A DNA stretch of 64,000 nt from Nitrospirales bacterium (GCA_963422365.1 OY729426.1:1984001-2048000), one strand, 5' to 3'. Counted from the stretch's first letter, positions 12,478 through 23,326 are shown. The notes: a model not told the origin generated them from the letters alone. Program-made: numbers and translations.

Positions 12478-14259
12478 CTACCGTTTTTTGAGGATCCATA
12501 CAAACAGGCGAGGATTCAGCGTCGCTTTGGGCAAAATCGATTTATGTATATGAAAGGGCTGCGAATTTGAAGCCAGGTCGCCAAAGACAATTTCCAACGG
12601 GAGCCTTGAGACAAAGGAAGAAAGCGAGTCCGGTCCGGCAATAAACGCCAATGCGTTGGGCCGGAGCGCTCCGCTGATCCGGTGCAGATGGTCTTGTAAT
12701 GTTGCCGTGTCATGATATGAAGCAAACGGCAGCCAGACGTACATGAGATCATACAGGGTCTGATACACACCATGATGGAGCGAGTCTTCGCTCAGAAAAC
12801 GATAGGAGCCTTGCCAGTCGAGCCGGTTGTTCCGAGCGAATTGGTTCCAAGTCGCTTGGGCCTGTTTTTGGGCATAGGCTCCACGTGAATAGACAATTGT
12901 TGTCGATCGAGGTTGGTCAAGCGCCAATAAGGCGCCGATGACTGCGTCAAACCCATGAATGAGGATTTGTCCGGCTTGTCCGACTTGGACAGCCAGGCGT
13001 TGATTCTGTTCGATGAAGTCGTTCAAAAAATCAGCCACAAAGGGTTGGCTCGGAAGATCACTGATCGACGTGTCATCTTCTGGATAGAGCAACACAGCTG
13101 AGTAAGCATCTTGCGGCGAGACCACGGGAGCGCCATCAGAAAAAAACCCTTCCCAGGAACTTTCCCTCTTTGTCGTAGCCTGCTGTCTTGCATGCTGCTC
13201 TATCTGCTGCGTGATGCCCCAAGTTGCCTGTAAAGCAATCTCGTGTGAGGTCTTGTGGTCATACAGAAACAGTCGATCGGAGCTCACGACAATCTGTTTT
13301 CCGCAGGGCGCGAACCCTTGTTGATTCGGAGTCACAAACGGGAGGCCGCTGGTGTCATCCGTCTTCGTCACCTTGAGGACGTGTCCGTGTTTGACCGTCA
13401 GACACATCTGATGGCGCGGGTCGATATAGCGCACAGGCGGATGAGGATTCGGCAACCAATCGACTGCATGTGACCGAGGAGCATCCATGAAGATGGTAAA
13501 CGGACTTTCCCTGCCTCGGTGCGTGGCCGTAAAAAAATTGCTGAATAACCCGAAGGCCGCTGCCGACGGGTACGTTGGAATACCTCTGTATTGTAAGGAC
13601 CGCGGGTTCTGTGGGTTTTGATCATCATACAGCCCGCGAATCAATTCAAACGCGGCGCTGCCCGTTCCCGGCAATAAGGATTGAAATAATTCCACCACCG
13701 GCAAATAATCAATACACGCCCAATGCATGGCGCTCATGCAGGACATAAATTGCGCGTGTTCCCACGTGCCGTCTTCCAAGGCGTACAACGCGTCCTTCCG
13801 TTGGCGAATCGTGGCGTGTCCGGTTGGATCGAGTATCAGATCGTCATCCGTATAAAAAAATTCAACTTCTTCGAAGGCCACGCCCATCGCCTGAGCAGCC
13901 ATCATGCGAAGGTCCCGCCGAGTCAGGGTTTCCCACCCGGGTCGAGCAGACAGATCCAGATTCATGGTGTTGACCAACCCGCTGGGTTTCAGGCCGACCC
14001 ATTGTCCCCAATCCAAGTACATTCGGGCCGACACCAGATGGACCGTGCCGTCGGCACCTTCCCCCCACTCACATTCATGCAGCGGGTGACCCTCAGGATC
14101 CGCCAGCAGGATTCGCCGTCCTGATGGCCCATAGACCACCAGATGGCCTGTGGCAAGATGGTTGCATGTCATGCGATCCAACGACAAATTCGCAACAAGG
14201 GAGCAGTTGCCTTGGAGAGCCAAGGTACCAGGGTTTTGAAGCAGTGACGACAACATCAT
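12478..14259 (-). CDS. Large hypothetical protein (about 590 aa)
   Basis: Long ORF with host-like codon usage; start placed at ATG 14259. C-terminal YDLMYVWLP...ALRPNALAFIAGP loosely resembles a Rossmann methyltransferase tail. Confidence 0.8.
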   Translation of the reverse strand: MMLSSLLQNPGTLALQGNCSLVANLSLDRMTCNHLATGHLVVYGPSGRRILLADPEGHPLHECEWGEGADGTVHLVSARMYLDWGQWVGLKPSGLVNTMNLDLSARPGWETLTRRDLRMMAAQAMGVAFEEVEFFYTDDDLILDPTGHATIRQRKDALYALEDGTWEHAQFMSCMSAMHWACIDYLPVVELFQSLLPGTGSAAFELIRGLYDDQNPQNPRSLQYRGIPTYPSAAAFGLFSNFFTATHRGRESPFTIFMDAPRSHAVDWLPNPHPPVRYIDPRHQMCLTVKHGHVLKVTKTDDTSGLPFVTPNQQGFAPCGKQIVVSSDRLFLYDHKTSHEIALQATWGITQQIEQHARQQATTKRESSWEGFFSDGAPVVSPQDAYSAVLLYPEDDTSISDLPSQPFVADFLNDFIEQNQRLAVQVGQAGQILIHGFDAVIGALLALDQPRSTTIVYSRGAYAQKQAQATWNQFARNNRLDWQGSYRFLSEDSLHHGVYQTLYDLMYVWLPFASYHDTATLQDHLHRISGALRPNALAFIAGPDSLSSFVSRLPLEIVFGDLASNSQPFHIHKSILPKATLNPRLFVWILKKR

Positions 14260-14442
14260 GGAATGGTTTTTCAATATGCCTCGTACTGAAGATGCTGATA
14301 GCAGAAAGGTAATATATAAGATAGAGGAAACGAAAAGAGAAAGCGACTGTCTCAGGTTTGGCTTTACCCCTCCCCTAAAATAAAGTTCTTTACAATTTTT
14401 ATCCCTTGCAGCCAGACCATAACTCAACAGGAAAAATCATTG

Positions 14443-15803
14443 ATGAACAGATACAGACTCTTTATTTTCGTCGTAATGGTTCAGTCAGGTTGCAGCATCG
14501 GTGCTGGGGCCCACCAAGCCTGATTCCGGGTCAGACGGTTCTGTGTCAGCCCCAAGAAAACTTGCCCGAACCGCAACCCGAGCCAAAAACCATGCATCCA
14601 GACCCAAATCGAGACTCAGCCCTGGGCAGGAACCTTCATTGGCATTCTACCGGGCAAAGGCGTCACCGTCGGTGTGATCGATGCGAAGATGCCGACGGGC
14701 GAGAACGATCTCCATCCCTTTCTAGAGAGAACATCAGTAACGGAAACCATTCTTGACCCTTCCGTAAAGGATGACAATCCCGATGGGTGGAGCCACTCCA
14801 CCGCGGTCGTCAGCGTCATCGCCGCTTAGCCGCATCAGGATTATCGTGACGGATTCTACGGAATTGCCTGAGGCGCTGCCCCCTGCGGATGTTCCCTATC
14901 ACACTTGGCGTCGTCCCACCCCAAACCTATACGCCGATTCCCCTGGACGACTTGAACAAGTCGGATGCGAATTATGCGGGGCTGTTCACCACCGCCGTGA
15001 GTACGGATGTCGATACCCTGAATATGAGTTGGGCCGCTTCGGGGCTTATCGAAAACTACAGCGAAGCGGATTTGCGCGCTAATATTCCCGATACGATCAC
15101 CGCGTTGGCGCAGAACGCGGTGAAGGACAAGAAAATCCCGGCGAGCAGTCAGGCTCCTTTCGGTCTGACTGTACGTCTTTCGCCGCGCCGATGGTTTCGG
15201 CTGGTTCACCGTCATGAAACAGATTTTTCGCGGCCAGATGTCGAGCACCGAACTCGTGACGCGGCTATTTGCAACCGCCGACAAGAACGGTAAATTCGCC
15301 GACAGGGCAATCTACGGCCAGGGTTGCCTCGGGCAACATGGTCGCCAGTGCCGGCATCGGTCTGGAACAGACCGGCCTCAGTCTTGGCGGAGCGTTCGGC
15401 GATGGGCTGGGGTGTTCGCTGGCCTAGCAGGAAATCGCGGTATTCGACAGTCTCGGGCGCCGTTCTGGTTCAAGCTCGACGGCTTCCCTGGTACAGCCAG
15501 CGGCGACTGCCAAACGGCGGCTCATTTCGGATCTCGCTCTCGCAGCCCTTGCGGGTGGAGGGTGGCCGGACTGCGCTCTCCATTCCTATCGGCCGGACCA
15601 AGGACGGCAATGTTCTGCGCTCATCATTGGGTGCCGATCTGACACCGTCAGTCAAACAGCTCGATGTCTCGGCGCGATGGCACCACCCGCTCGCCAATGG
15701 CGGCAAGTTGCGCTTCGATGCCCCGTGGATGCGTAATCCTGGCCATAACGCATGCATCAAACCGGCGATGAGCTTCATGGCTAGATGGCTGTTCGAGTTT
15801 TAG
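14443..15803 (+). pseudogene. Fragmented S8 (subtilisin-like) peptidase lipoprotein with C-terminal outer-membrane beta domain
   Basis: Signal MNRYRLFIFVVMVQSGC; GKGVTVGVID (catalytic Asp); SHSTAVVSVIAA (His); TAG at 14827-14829; YGIA then TGA at 14869-14871; TSFAAPMVS (Ser motif, from about 15173); ELVTRLFATADK...IYGQG; ends WLFEF; several frameshifts. Confidence 0.85.
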
Positions 15804-15905
15804 GCGTGAGGTCGATACGTCGCTTACAGGACGTCTGAGTGGTGCTGTGTTTAAGCTGGCGTTACGTGAAGGCGGTCGCGGCTAATCTTATCCGCCGAAG
15901 TGTTC

Positions 15906-17249
15906 CTACTCCCGAACCTGTCCTGAACCATAGACCACATATTTGGAGCAGGTAAGGTCTTCTGGGCCCATGGGGCCACGGGCGTGAATACGGGTGGTGC
16001 TGATGCCGATTTCCGCGCCAAGGCCGAATTGGTAGCCGTCATTGAGTCGGGAGGAGGCATTGACCATCACCGCCCCTGCATCGACTTCTTGTAAGAATCT
16101 CATGGCACGACCATAGTCCTTGGTCACAATGACTTCGGTATGCCGAGATCCATAGGTGTGAATATGATTCATGGCATCATCTATATCTTTGACGATTTTA
16201 ACCGCCAACGTCAGTGAGAGAAATTCTTGGCCATAATCTTCTTCAGTCGCGATCTGGGCCTCAGGAATATACTGACGGGTTTGTTCACAGCCACGTATTT
16301 CCACTTTGGCCTTGGTTAAAGCCTTTCCCAACGCCGGCAAAAATTTTCTCGCAATATTATAATGAACCAGTAAGGTTTCCATGGCATTACACGTCGAAGG
16401 CCGTTGGACCTTGGCATTCACACTAATGGCTTCAGCCATCTTGAGATCGGCATCGGCATCGATATAGGTGTGACATACCCCTTTATCATGCTTGATAACC
16501 GGGATAGTCGAATGCTCGGTCACGGTTTTCATGAGCGATTCCCCGCCCCGCGGGATAATCAAGTCAATGAATTCGTCTTGTTTCAGCAACTCCATCACCG
16601 CTTCCCGTTCAGTCCGTTCGACCAAGGAGATTGCTCCTTCGGGGATGCCGGCTTTTTGTGCAGCTTCGGATAGGACGCGGGCAATGCCCATATTAGAATG
16701 AATGGCTTCCGATCCCCCTCGCAGCACGCAGACGTTCCCTGATTTGAGACACAACGCCGCGGCATCGGCTGTGACATTCGGGCGAGATTCATAAATGATC
16801 CCAATGACCCCAATGGGCACGCGGACCCGTCCGACTTTCATGCCGTTGGGCCGGTTCCACATGCCTAATGATTGACCAATGGGATCGCGCAGCTTGGCAA
16901 TTTGCCGAATACCGTCCGCCACATCGTGAATACGCTCGGGAGTGAGTTGAAGCCGGTCAGCCATGGCCTCGCGCCCGTTACTCGGATCAAAGGCATCGAG
17001 GTCTTTGGCATTTTCTTCCAGAAGCGCGTCGGTAGCTTCTTCCAGCCCTTTGGCCATGGCCAACAGCGCGATGTTTTTCACGGATGCCGTGACACTGCTC
17101 AGTTTGGTGGATGCCGCACGCGCCTGTTCAAGCAGATTGCGGAGATAGGTGGGGGTATCAATAAGCTCTTCTTCGGGAGATTCGGGTTCCTCTGTCGGCT
17201 CTTCCACCATTTTTTCTTGCATCTCTTCTTGAATTTCCTCTGCACTCAT
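15906..17249 (-). CDS. proA: Gamma-glutamyl phosphate reductase
   Basis: VPIGVIGIIYESRPNVT, LRGGSEA, IIPRGG, RPSTCNAMETLLVH, EIGISTTRIHARGPMG. Confidence 0.98.
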   Translation of the reverse strand: MSAEEIQEEMQEKMVEEPTEEPESPEEELIDTPTYLRNLLEQARAASTKLSSVTASVKNIALLAMAKGLEEATDALLEENAKDLDAFDPSNGREAMADRLQLTPERIHDVADGIRQIAKLRDPIGQSLGMWNRPNGMKVGRVRVPIGVIGIIYESRPNVTADAAALCLKSGNVCVLRGGSEAIHSNMGIARVLSEAAQKAGIPEGAISLVERTEREAVMELLKQDEFIDLIIPRGGESLMKTVTEHSTIPVIKHDKGVCHTYIDADADLKMAEAISVNAKVQRPSTCNAMETLLVHYNIARKFLPALGKALTKAKVEIRGCEQTRQYIPEAQIATEEDYGQEFLSLTLAVKIVKDIDDAMNHIHTYGSRHTEVIVTKDYGRAMRFLQEVDAGAVMVNASSRLNDGYQFGLGAEIGISTTRIHARGPMGPEDLTCSKYVVYGSGQVRE

Positions 17250-17367
17250 ACTGTTCGGCCCTCAAAATGTGATGTATGGGGTAACGTCGGTGATTATCTT
17301 ACGTCGAAGCGAGAATACCCGTGCCTCATGAACAAGGTCAAGGTTCCACGGTGTCGGAGATGAAATC

Positions 17368-17390
17368 GGCGCATGAGATGCGTCCCTACA
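17368..17390 (-). repeat. Single GTAG-family REP hairpin
   Basis: Minus strand tgtagg-GACGCAT-ctc-ATGCGCC. Confidence 0.6.
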
Positions 17391-17570
17391 GGGCCGTGTT
17401 CTGACAACCTGAGTACCTACAATGGTCCCAGTCTTTTCCATGGGGTTGTCAAATGAGGCGTCGGTTGCGCAATCCCCTTGATTTTCTTTATGCAATCCTG
17501 TTACACAATGTCGCCTTCGCTGTTTCAGCGAATCGGCAATACGTTTCTTGCCAATCCACTCTTATCTCGT

Positions 17571-17646
17571 GCCGAGGTAGCTCAGTTGGCAGAGCACAGC
17601 CCTGAAAAGGCTGGTGTCGGCAGTTCGATTCTGCCCCTCGGCACCA
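17571..17646 (+). tRNA. tRNA-Phe(GAA)
   Basis: GCCGAGG/CCTCGGC acceptor stem, TAGCTCAGTTGG D arm, CAGCC-CTGAAAA-GGCTG anticodon arm, GTTCGATTC T loop, encoded CCA. Confidence 0.98.
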
Positions 17647-18043
17647 ATATTTCCAACAAGTTCGCGTCTCTTTTGGATTTGACCTAACATCCTAGCATTA
17701 TTTCAGGGCAATTCATGGCCCTTGCGCAAGTGGTCATCCCGTTCAGTCCATCCGTGCAAACAACATATATCCCTTTTTCATATCCTAAACACTCTGCCTG
17801 TGCTTTCTTGAAAGAAACATCAAAAATTCATGTAAACCTAAAGTTACCCTTAATCCAATATAGGAAAAGTTAAAGTTTTGGTTTCAATTTTAAGCGAGCC
17901 GCCATCCCAAGACCTTCAGGCTCTCGGCCAGAAGTATCCAGAGGCTTCTCCCTCAGATGCTATTTTCCAGGACAATACTAGACGGGAAATTGAGGGGAAG
18001 ATCACAACGAACAGAGAGACCATCGTCTAGTCGAGAAAGAACC

Positions 18044-18754
18044 CTACTCAGGGCACGGTTGCTGTGCCATGGTCGCATCGATCATAGAGCGAAACACTAA
18101 TTGCCCTGCTTGACTGCCTAACACGGATTCCGCACAGCGTTCGGGATGCGGCATGAGACCCAAAACATTGCCTGCTGTATTGCAAATCCCTGCAATATGA
18201 TCGAGGGAACCATTGGGATTAGCCTCTTCTGTGACGATTCCGTCTTCCTGACAATACCGGAACACGATTTGGGCATTGGCTTGGAGTGAGGCTAAGGTCA
18301 CCGGATCGGTATGATAATTGCCCTCAGCATGGGCAATGGGGAATCGTAGCACGTGTCCGGGTTCATAGTGTCGTGTAAACGGGGTATCGGCATGTTCCAC
18401 TCTCACCCAGACATCTTCACAAATAAAGGAAAGTCCAATGTTTGGCAGCATGGCTCCGGGCAATAACCCTGCCTCAAGCAAGATCTGAAAGCCATTGCAG
18501 ATTCCCAGTACCAACCCTCCTGCCTGGGCAAATTCTTTGACTGCGGGCATAATGGGCGATAACTGCGCAATGGCACCGGTACGCAGGTAATCTCCATAAG
18601 AGAATCCTCCTGGCAAGATGATCGCCTCTCTCTCACCCAGAGAAGTTTCGCCATGCCAGATGAGGTTGACGTCTTGCCCTAGCCCATCTGACAAAACATG
18701 CACGCAATCGCGATCACAATTGGACCCAGGGAAAACGATGACGCCCCATTTCAT
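18044..18754 (-). CDS. purQ: FGAM synthase glutaminase subunit
   Basis: [36 protein letters not shown]. Confidence 0.98.
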   Translation of the reverse strand: MKWGVIVFPGSNCDRDCVHVLSDGLGQDVNLIWHGETSLGEREAIILPGGFSYGDYLRTGAIAQLSPIMPAVKEFAQAGGLVLGICNGFQILLEAGLLPGAMLPNIGLSFICEDVWVRVEHADTPFTRHYEPGHVLRFPIAHAEGNYHTDPVTLASLQANAQIVFRYCQEDGIVTEEANPNGSLDHIAGICNTAGNVLGLMPHPERCAESVLGSQAGQLVFRSMIDATMAQQPCPE

Positions 18755-19017
18755 GATGGATGCACTGACGGCTGAAGTTCCAGTTCATACCGATATTCTT
18801 CAATGACCGTGTTGGCGAGTAGTGTTTCACACATGGCTTTTAGTTGCTCTTCTGCTTGAGCCGGGTCGTTTTCATTGAGTTTGATTTCCAAAAATTTTCC
18901 CACCCGGACATCGTTCACGCTGGAAAACCCTAAGGTCTCTAACGATTGCTGGATGACTCGCCCCTGAGGATCTAAAATGCCCGATTTCAAGGTGACGTGG
19001 ATTGTTGCCTTGATCAT
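18751..19017 (-). CDS. purS: FGAM synthase subunit PurS
   Basis: [27 protein letters not shown]. Confidence 0.97.
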   Translation of the reverse strand: MIKATIHVTLKSGILDPQGRVIQQSLETLGFSSVNDVRVGKFLEIKLNENDPAQAEEQLKAMCETLLANTVIEEYRYELELQPSVHPS

Positions 19018-20366
19018 GAGCGAGTCCTGCCTTTTCTCGCCTGTCCTTGCCCCACTTTTTTAGAGACGGTTTTTGAGCCAAAGACTCGACGATACACTTC
19101 GTTGAGGTGACGAACGTACCATTGCGGCTCGAAGCAGGCGTTGACCTCAGTTTGTGTCAACTTTTTTGAGATCAACGGGTCTTGAGACACGAGATCGTGA
19201 AAGGTCCCGTGCCCTTCCCAGGCTTTCATGGCATTGCGTTGAACCGCTTCGTATCCGGCTTTGCGTTCGATCCCGTGATTCACTAAAGCCAATAACACGC
19301 GTTGGGAGTATACCAACCCGCCGGTCAAGTTTAAATTTTTCAGCATCCGTTCCGGATACACCACCAGATTTTTCAGGAGTTGTGTTAAGCGCACGACCAT
19401 GTAATCAATCACCATCGTGCTGTCCGGAAGAATAATACGCTCGACCGACGAGTGGCTGATGTCACGTTCATGCCACAGTGCGACGTTTTCTAACGCGGCG
19501 AGACTATTGGCTCGGATGACTCGCGCAAGGCCACAGAGATTTTCAGAGCCTACCGGATTTCGTTTATGCGGCATCGCGGAAGACCCCTTTTGCCCGACGC
19601 TAAAATATTCCTCGGCTTCCAAGACTTCGGTTCGTTGAAGATGGCGAATTTCGGTGGCCACCTTTTCGATACTTGCAGCAATAAGGGCCAAGGTGGTCAC
19701 AAACGCGGCATGTCGGTCCCGTTGCACCACTTGATTCGAAACGGGAGCTGGTTTCAACCCCAGCTTCGCACAGATGATGTTTTCCATCCGCGGCGGAAGG
19801 TGTGCAAACGTGCCCATGGCCCCGGACAGTTTTCCAACGGCAATATCCTCCCCGGCAGTAATCAAGCGTTTGCGTTGACGTGTGAATTCCTCGTACCAAA
19901 TAGCAAACTTAAAGCCTAAAGAGATGGGTTCGCCGTGAATGCCATGGGATCGTCCTACCATTATTGTCTTTTGGTGCTCGAAGGCTTGAGCTTGTAGCAC
20001 GTTCAATAAGGCATCCAGATCTTCCAGGATAATTCCCACCGCCTCAACTAATTGGATGGCAAGTCCGGTATCGAGAACATCGGAGGAGGTCAGCCCCACG
20101 TGCAAATGCCGAGCTGGTGGGCCTGCCTGCTCAGCAACGGATTCTAAAAACGCAATCACATCATGTTTGGTAATCTGTTCAATTTCCTCGATTCGGTCCG
20201 GATCGAGGGTGACGTTTCGTTTGATCCGTCGTGCCACTCCCTTGGGGACTTCGCCCGTTTCTTCACGCGCGTCACAAACGGCCAGTTCGACTTGCAGCCA
20301 GGTTTCATACTTCCGTTTCCTGGTCCATACAGCCCCCATGCGGGGTAAGGTGTAGCGTTCAATCAT
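19014..20366 (-). CDS. purB: Adenylosuccinate lyase
   Basis: MIERY, TKHDVIAF, GLTSSD, GSSAMPHKRNP, WHERDISHSSVER. Confidence 0.98.
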   Translation of the reverse strand: MIERYTLPRMGAVWTRKRKYETWLQVELAVCDAREETGEVPKGVARRIKRNVTLDPDRIEEIEQITKHDVIAFLESVAEQAGPPARHLHVGLTSSDVLDTGLAIQLVEAVGIILEDLDALLNVLQAQAFEHQKTIMVGRSHGIHGEPISLGFKFAIWYEEFTRQRKRLITAGEDIAVGKLSGAMGTFAHLPPRMENIICAKLGLKPAPVSNQVVQRDRHAAFVTTLALIAASIEKVATEIRHLQRTEVLEAEEYFSVGQKGSSAMPHKRNPVGSENLCGLARVIRANSLAALENVALWHERDISHSSVERIILPDSTMVIDYMVVRLTQLLKNLVVYPERMLKNLNLTGGLVYSQRVLLALVNHGIERKAGYEAVQRNAMKAWEGHGTFHDLVSQDPLISKKLTQTEVNACFEPQWYVRHLNEVYRRVFGSKTVSKKVGQGQARKGRTRS

Positions 20367-20735
20367 GAGGCTGCCTTGTGCAGTTCGGGTTCGGTCGGTA
20401 CGTGCGGTAGCGCATCGCCTCCATGCCCGGGGCCGGAACTAATGATTTCGTTGAGACCCTCAATGACACGCGGCAAGTCTTCAGGCTGAAACGCCGTCAG
20501 ACGCTTTCCAATTTTTTCAACGGCAAGCGTGCGAACTTGCCTGATTTGCACCCATGACGGTCGCAGCAGCCTAGCTTCATGGAGTTCAAGTGTGAGAGAA
20601 AAGCCTGCATGTTGCGGTTGGCTGGTCAGCGCCACGACAATGATGGTGTTTGAAGGCTCGTTGAAGACGTCATGGCTGAGGATTCATACCGGTCGTTGTC
20701 TGGCATGCTCACGTCCTCGTACCGGATTCAACCGA
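20363..20735 (-). pseudogene. MazF/PemK-family toxin remnant
   Basis: LNPVRGREHARQRPV, TGA at 20684-20686, then ILSHDVFNEPSNTIIVVALTSQPQHAGFSLTLEL...SWVQIRQVRTL...IGKRL. The N-terminus is missing and the frame is fused to the antitoxin. Confidence 0.85.
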
Positions 20736-20953
20736 GTCCTGGCAAATCCTTCTTCAACCAATGCCTTTTCAAAATTCGGATCGAGTTTCGCACACTCACG
20801 GGCCAAGCGTCCCTGTTCCAAGCGCGCCAGTTTTTCTTGCACCGCCACTTCAATGGCTTGACTCCTGCTGGGAAAGACGGACTCCGCCACTCACCCGTCG
20901 AGCTGTCGAAGCATCTGCTTATGAAGGGAAACAGCTACTTTAGATCGCGCCAT
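20736..20953 (-). pseudogene. Ribbon-helix-helix (CopG/MazE-like) antitoxin remnant
   Basis: MARSKVAVSLHKQMLRQLDG, TGA at 20891-20893, then VAESVFPSRSQAIEVAVQEKLARLEQGRLARECAKLDPNFEKALVEEG. Confidence 0.82.
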
Positions 20954-20985
20954 AACGTCTTTTCAAATGTCGTGATAAACGACCG

Positions 20986-21006
20986 GGTATCACCATGTGT
21001 CATACC
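20986..21006. promoter_or_regulatory. Putative RHH autoregulatory operator
   Basis: Imperfect inverted repeat GGTATCAC-catgt-GTCATACC about 33 bp upstream of the antitoxin ATG. Confidence 0.45.
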
Positions 21007-21058
21007 AGACAGTTTGTTCATCACAGGGATATGGTCGATTCGCCACCACAAAAATGAG

Positions 21059-21562
21059 TTAAAGGGCGAGAGCACTGCGTTTGGGCTCCAGTCTCGCGTC
21101 TTGTTTGATGAATTGATCCAAGACCCCATTGACAAATCGTTTGGTCTCATCATCCGCAAAGCTTCCGGCTAATTGGAGAGCCTCATCCACCGTTACTTTT
21201 GCCGGCACGTCAGGGACCCAGAGCAATTCATACATTGCTTGTCGCAGAATATTGCGATCCACCACGGGCATGCGATCCACCGTCCAGTTTCGTGCATAGG
21301 TGGTAATGAGGTCATCGAGTTCAACTTGATGGGTTTGAACACCGGTGACTAACTGAGACACAAACACTCGAACCGATTGCGACGCTTTTCGTTGTGACCA
21401 AAATTGTTCCAGCCCAAATTCAGTAGACTGATGAAAATCCCATTGAAAAAGAATTTGAAGCGCCAATTCACGCGCATCATGCCGTGTATACCCTCGTCGG
21501 GGTTTGGGTAAAGAGTTATTGGATCGTTCCCGTATTGCCATGGCGGTCGTCTTCGCAGACAT
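21059..21562 (-). CDS. nusB: Transcription antitermination factor NusB
   Basis: RHDARELALQILFQ, VDRNILR, FVNGVLD; follows ribH. Confidence 0.96.
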   Translation of the reverse strand: MSAKTTAMAIRERSNNSLPKPRRGYTRHDARELALQILFQWDFHQSTEFGLEQFWSQRKASQSVRVFVSQLVTGVQTHQVELDDLITTYARNWTVDRMPVVDRNILRQAMYELLWVPDVPAKVTVDEALQLAGSFADDETKRFVNGVLDQFIKQDARLEPKRSALAL

Positions 21563-21568
21563 TTCTGA

Positions 21569-22069
21569 TTACCGTTGCCGGAAGCCGGTCGGCTTTCGAT
21601 CAATTTCGTGCAATTCCTTCATGAGGGTTGCCATTTCAATGGCGGTGCGCGCGGCTTCCGTACCGCGGTTAACTTCAGTGGTGCCTGCCCTGGCCAAGGC
21701 TTCTTCCGCGGTATTGGTCGTCAAGACCCCGAAGACAATAGGAATGCCCGTATCCCAAGAGGCTTGGGCAATGCCCCGACTCATTTCCGCACTGATATAA
21801 TCAAAATGAGGGGTCTCACCTTTAATGACGGCTCCTACACAAATCACGGCGTCGAACTGTCTGGAGCGGGCTAATTGCCTGGCCACTAATGGGATTTCAA
21901 ATGCTCCCGGAACCCGAACGATTTGAATGTTGTTCTCCGGTGAACCATGATTTTTTAAGGTCTCAAGCACACCAACTTCCAAACGACTGGTGACAAATTC
22001 ATTGAATTTACTCACCACAATTCCAAATTGCAGTTCCTGAGCATGCAGATTTCCTTCAGTGGGGTTCAT
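21569..22069 (-). CDS. ribH: 6,7-dimethyl-8-ribityllumazine synthase
   Basis: VVSKFN, VPGAFEIP, GETPHFDYI, FGVLTT; start ATG 22069. Confidence 0.97.
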   Translation of the reverse strand: MNPTEGNLHAQELQFGIVVSKFNEFVTSRLEVGVLETLKNHGSPENNIQIVRVPGAFEIPLVARQLARSRQFDAVICVGAVIKGETPHFDYISAEMSRGIAQASWDTGIPIVFGVLTTNTAEEALARAGTTEVNRGTEAARTAIEMATLMKELHEIDRKPTGFRQR

Positions 22070-22120
22070 GGGAGGACAGGGTGATTCAACCTCTCTCTTG
22101 GCATTGAGAGGCTGAAACAC

Positions 22121-23326
22121 TTAGACGTTGTTTAACAGGTGACCCAGCTTGCTCTTTTTCGTTCGAAGATACCGGACATTCGTTTCTTGGGGATCGATTT
22201 CGATGGGGACGCGCTCGACCACCGTCAAGCCATATCCCGCAATCCCGACAATCTTTCGTGGGTTATTCGTCATGAGACGGATCTGCTTGAGTCCCAAGTT
22301 GACTAAAATTTGCGCACCGATGCCGTAATCTCGCAAGTCCGGTTTAAATCCTAGTTTGAGATTGGCTTCGACGGTGTCGCTGCCTTGGTCTTGCAGGTAA
22401 TAGGCTTTTATTTTATTCAGTAACCCGATACCCCGCCCCTCTTGATTCAAATACAGTAAAACCCCTTTACCTTCTTTTTCAATGACGGCCATGGCGCGGT
22501 GGAGCTGATCACGGCAGTCGCAACGCAAGGAGCCAAAGACATCCGACGTGAGACAGCCGGAATGCACTCGAACGAGGGTGGGCGATTCATCAATATGGCC
22601 TTTGACCAAGGCTATATGCGTTCCACTATCCAGTTCATTTTCAAAGACCCAGGCTTCAAAATTTCCAAAAATTGTCGGCAATTCGGCGCTCACGGATTTT
22701 TTGACAAAGGTCTCACGTGATAACCGATATTGAATGAGATCCTTGATGGTAATAAGCCTGAGGGCGTGTTGTTTGGCAAATTCCATGAGGTCCGGAATCC
22801 TTGCCATGGTTCCATTGTCATTCATGATTTCACAAATGACCCCAGCCGGATACCGGCCAGCCATACGGGCCAAATCAACGGATCCTTCGGTTTGGCCAGC
22901 TCGCTTGAGAACTCCTCCATCGTGAGCCCGTAGAGGGAAAATATGTCCCGGCTTCGCGAAATCAGAGGGTTTGGAGGAGAGGTTGACCGCCATGCGGATC
23001 GTCGTGGCCCGGTCTGCAGCCGAAATCCCTGTGGTCACATCTCGCGCGGCGTCGATGGACACGGTAAAGGCCGTTCCGAATGGCGCGGTATTGTCTGCAG
23101 TCTGAGGATGTAAATGAAGTTGGTTCGCTCGGTCGGCCGTGAGGGTCAGACAGATGAGACCACGGGCATGTTTGGCCATAAAGTTGATAGCATCCGGGGT
23201 GACGGATTCGGCAGCCATCACCAAATCGCCTTCGTTTTCACGATCTTCATCGTCTACCAGGATGATAAATTTCCCGGTACGAATGTCATCAAGGGCCTGG
23301 TCGATGGTATTAAATACGGGAGTCAT
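22121..23326 (-). CDS. ribBA: Bifunctional DHBP synthase / GTP cyclohydrolase II
   Basis: [45 protein letters not shown]. Confidence 0.98.
   Translation of the reverse strand: MTPVFNTIDQALDDIRTGKFIILVDDEDRENEGDLVMAAESVTPDAINFMAKHARGLICLTLTADRANQLHLHPQTADNTAPFGTAFTVSIDAARDVTTGISAADRATTIRMAVNLSSKPSDFAKPGHIFPLRAHDGGVLKRAGQTEGSVDLARMAGRYPAGVICEIMNDNGTMARIPDLMEFAKQHALRLITIKDLIQYRLSRETFVKKSVSAELPTIFGNFEAWVFENELDSGTHIALVKGHIDESPTLVRVHSGCLTSDVFGSLRCDCRDQLHRAMAVIEKEGKGVLLYLNQEGRGIGLLNKIKAYYLQDQGSDTVEANLKLGFKPDLRDYGIGAQILVNLGLKQIRLMTNNPRKIVGIAGYGLTVVERVPIEIDPQETNVRYLRTKKSKLGHLLNNV

Noticed and set aside
17647..18043. Prophage or island attachment at tRNA-Phe
   Set aside because: AT-rich spacer, but no integrase and no duplicated tRNA 3' end seen in the window
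14869..20893. TGA recoding (Trp or Sec) suggested by several in-frame TGA stops in accessory genes
   Set aside because: Core genes such as carB, pyrR, purB and trpD end in TGA, and the affected loci also carry deletions, frameshifts or a TAG; decay explains them
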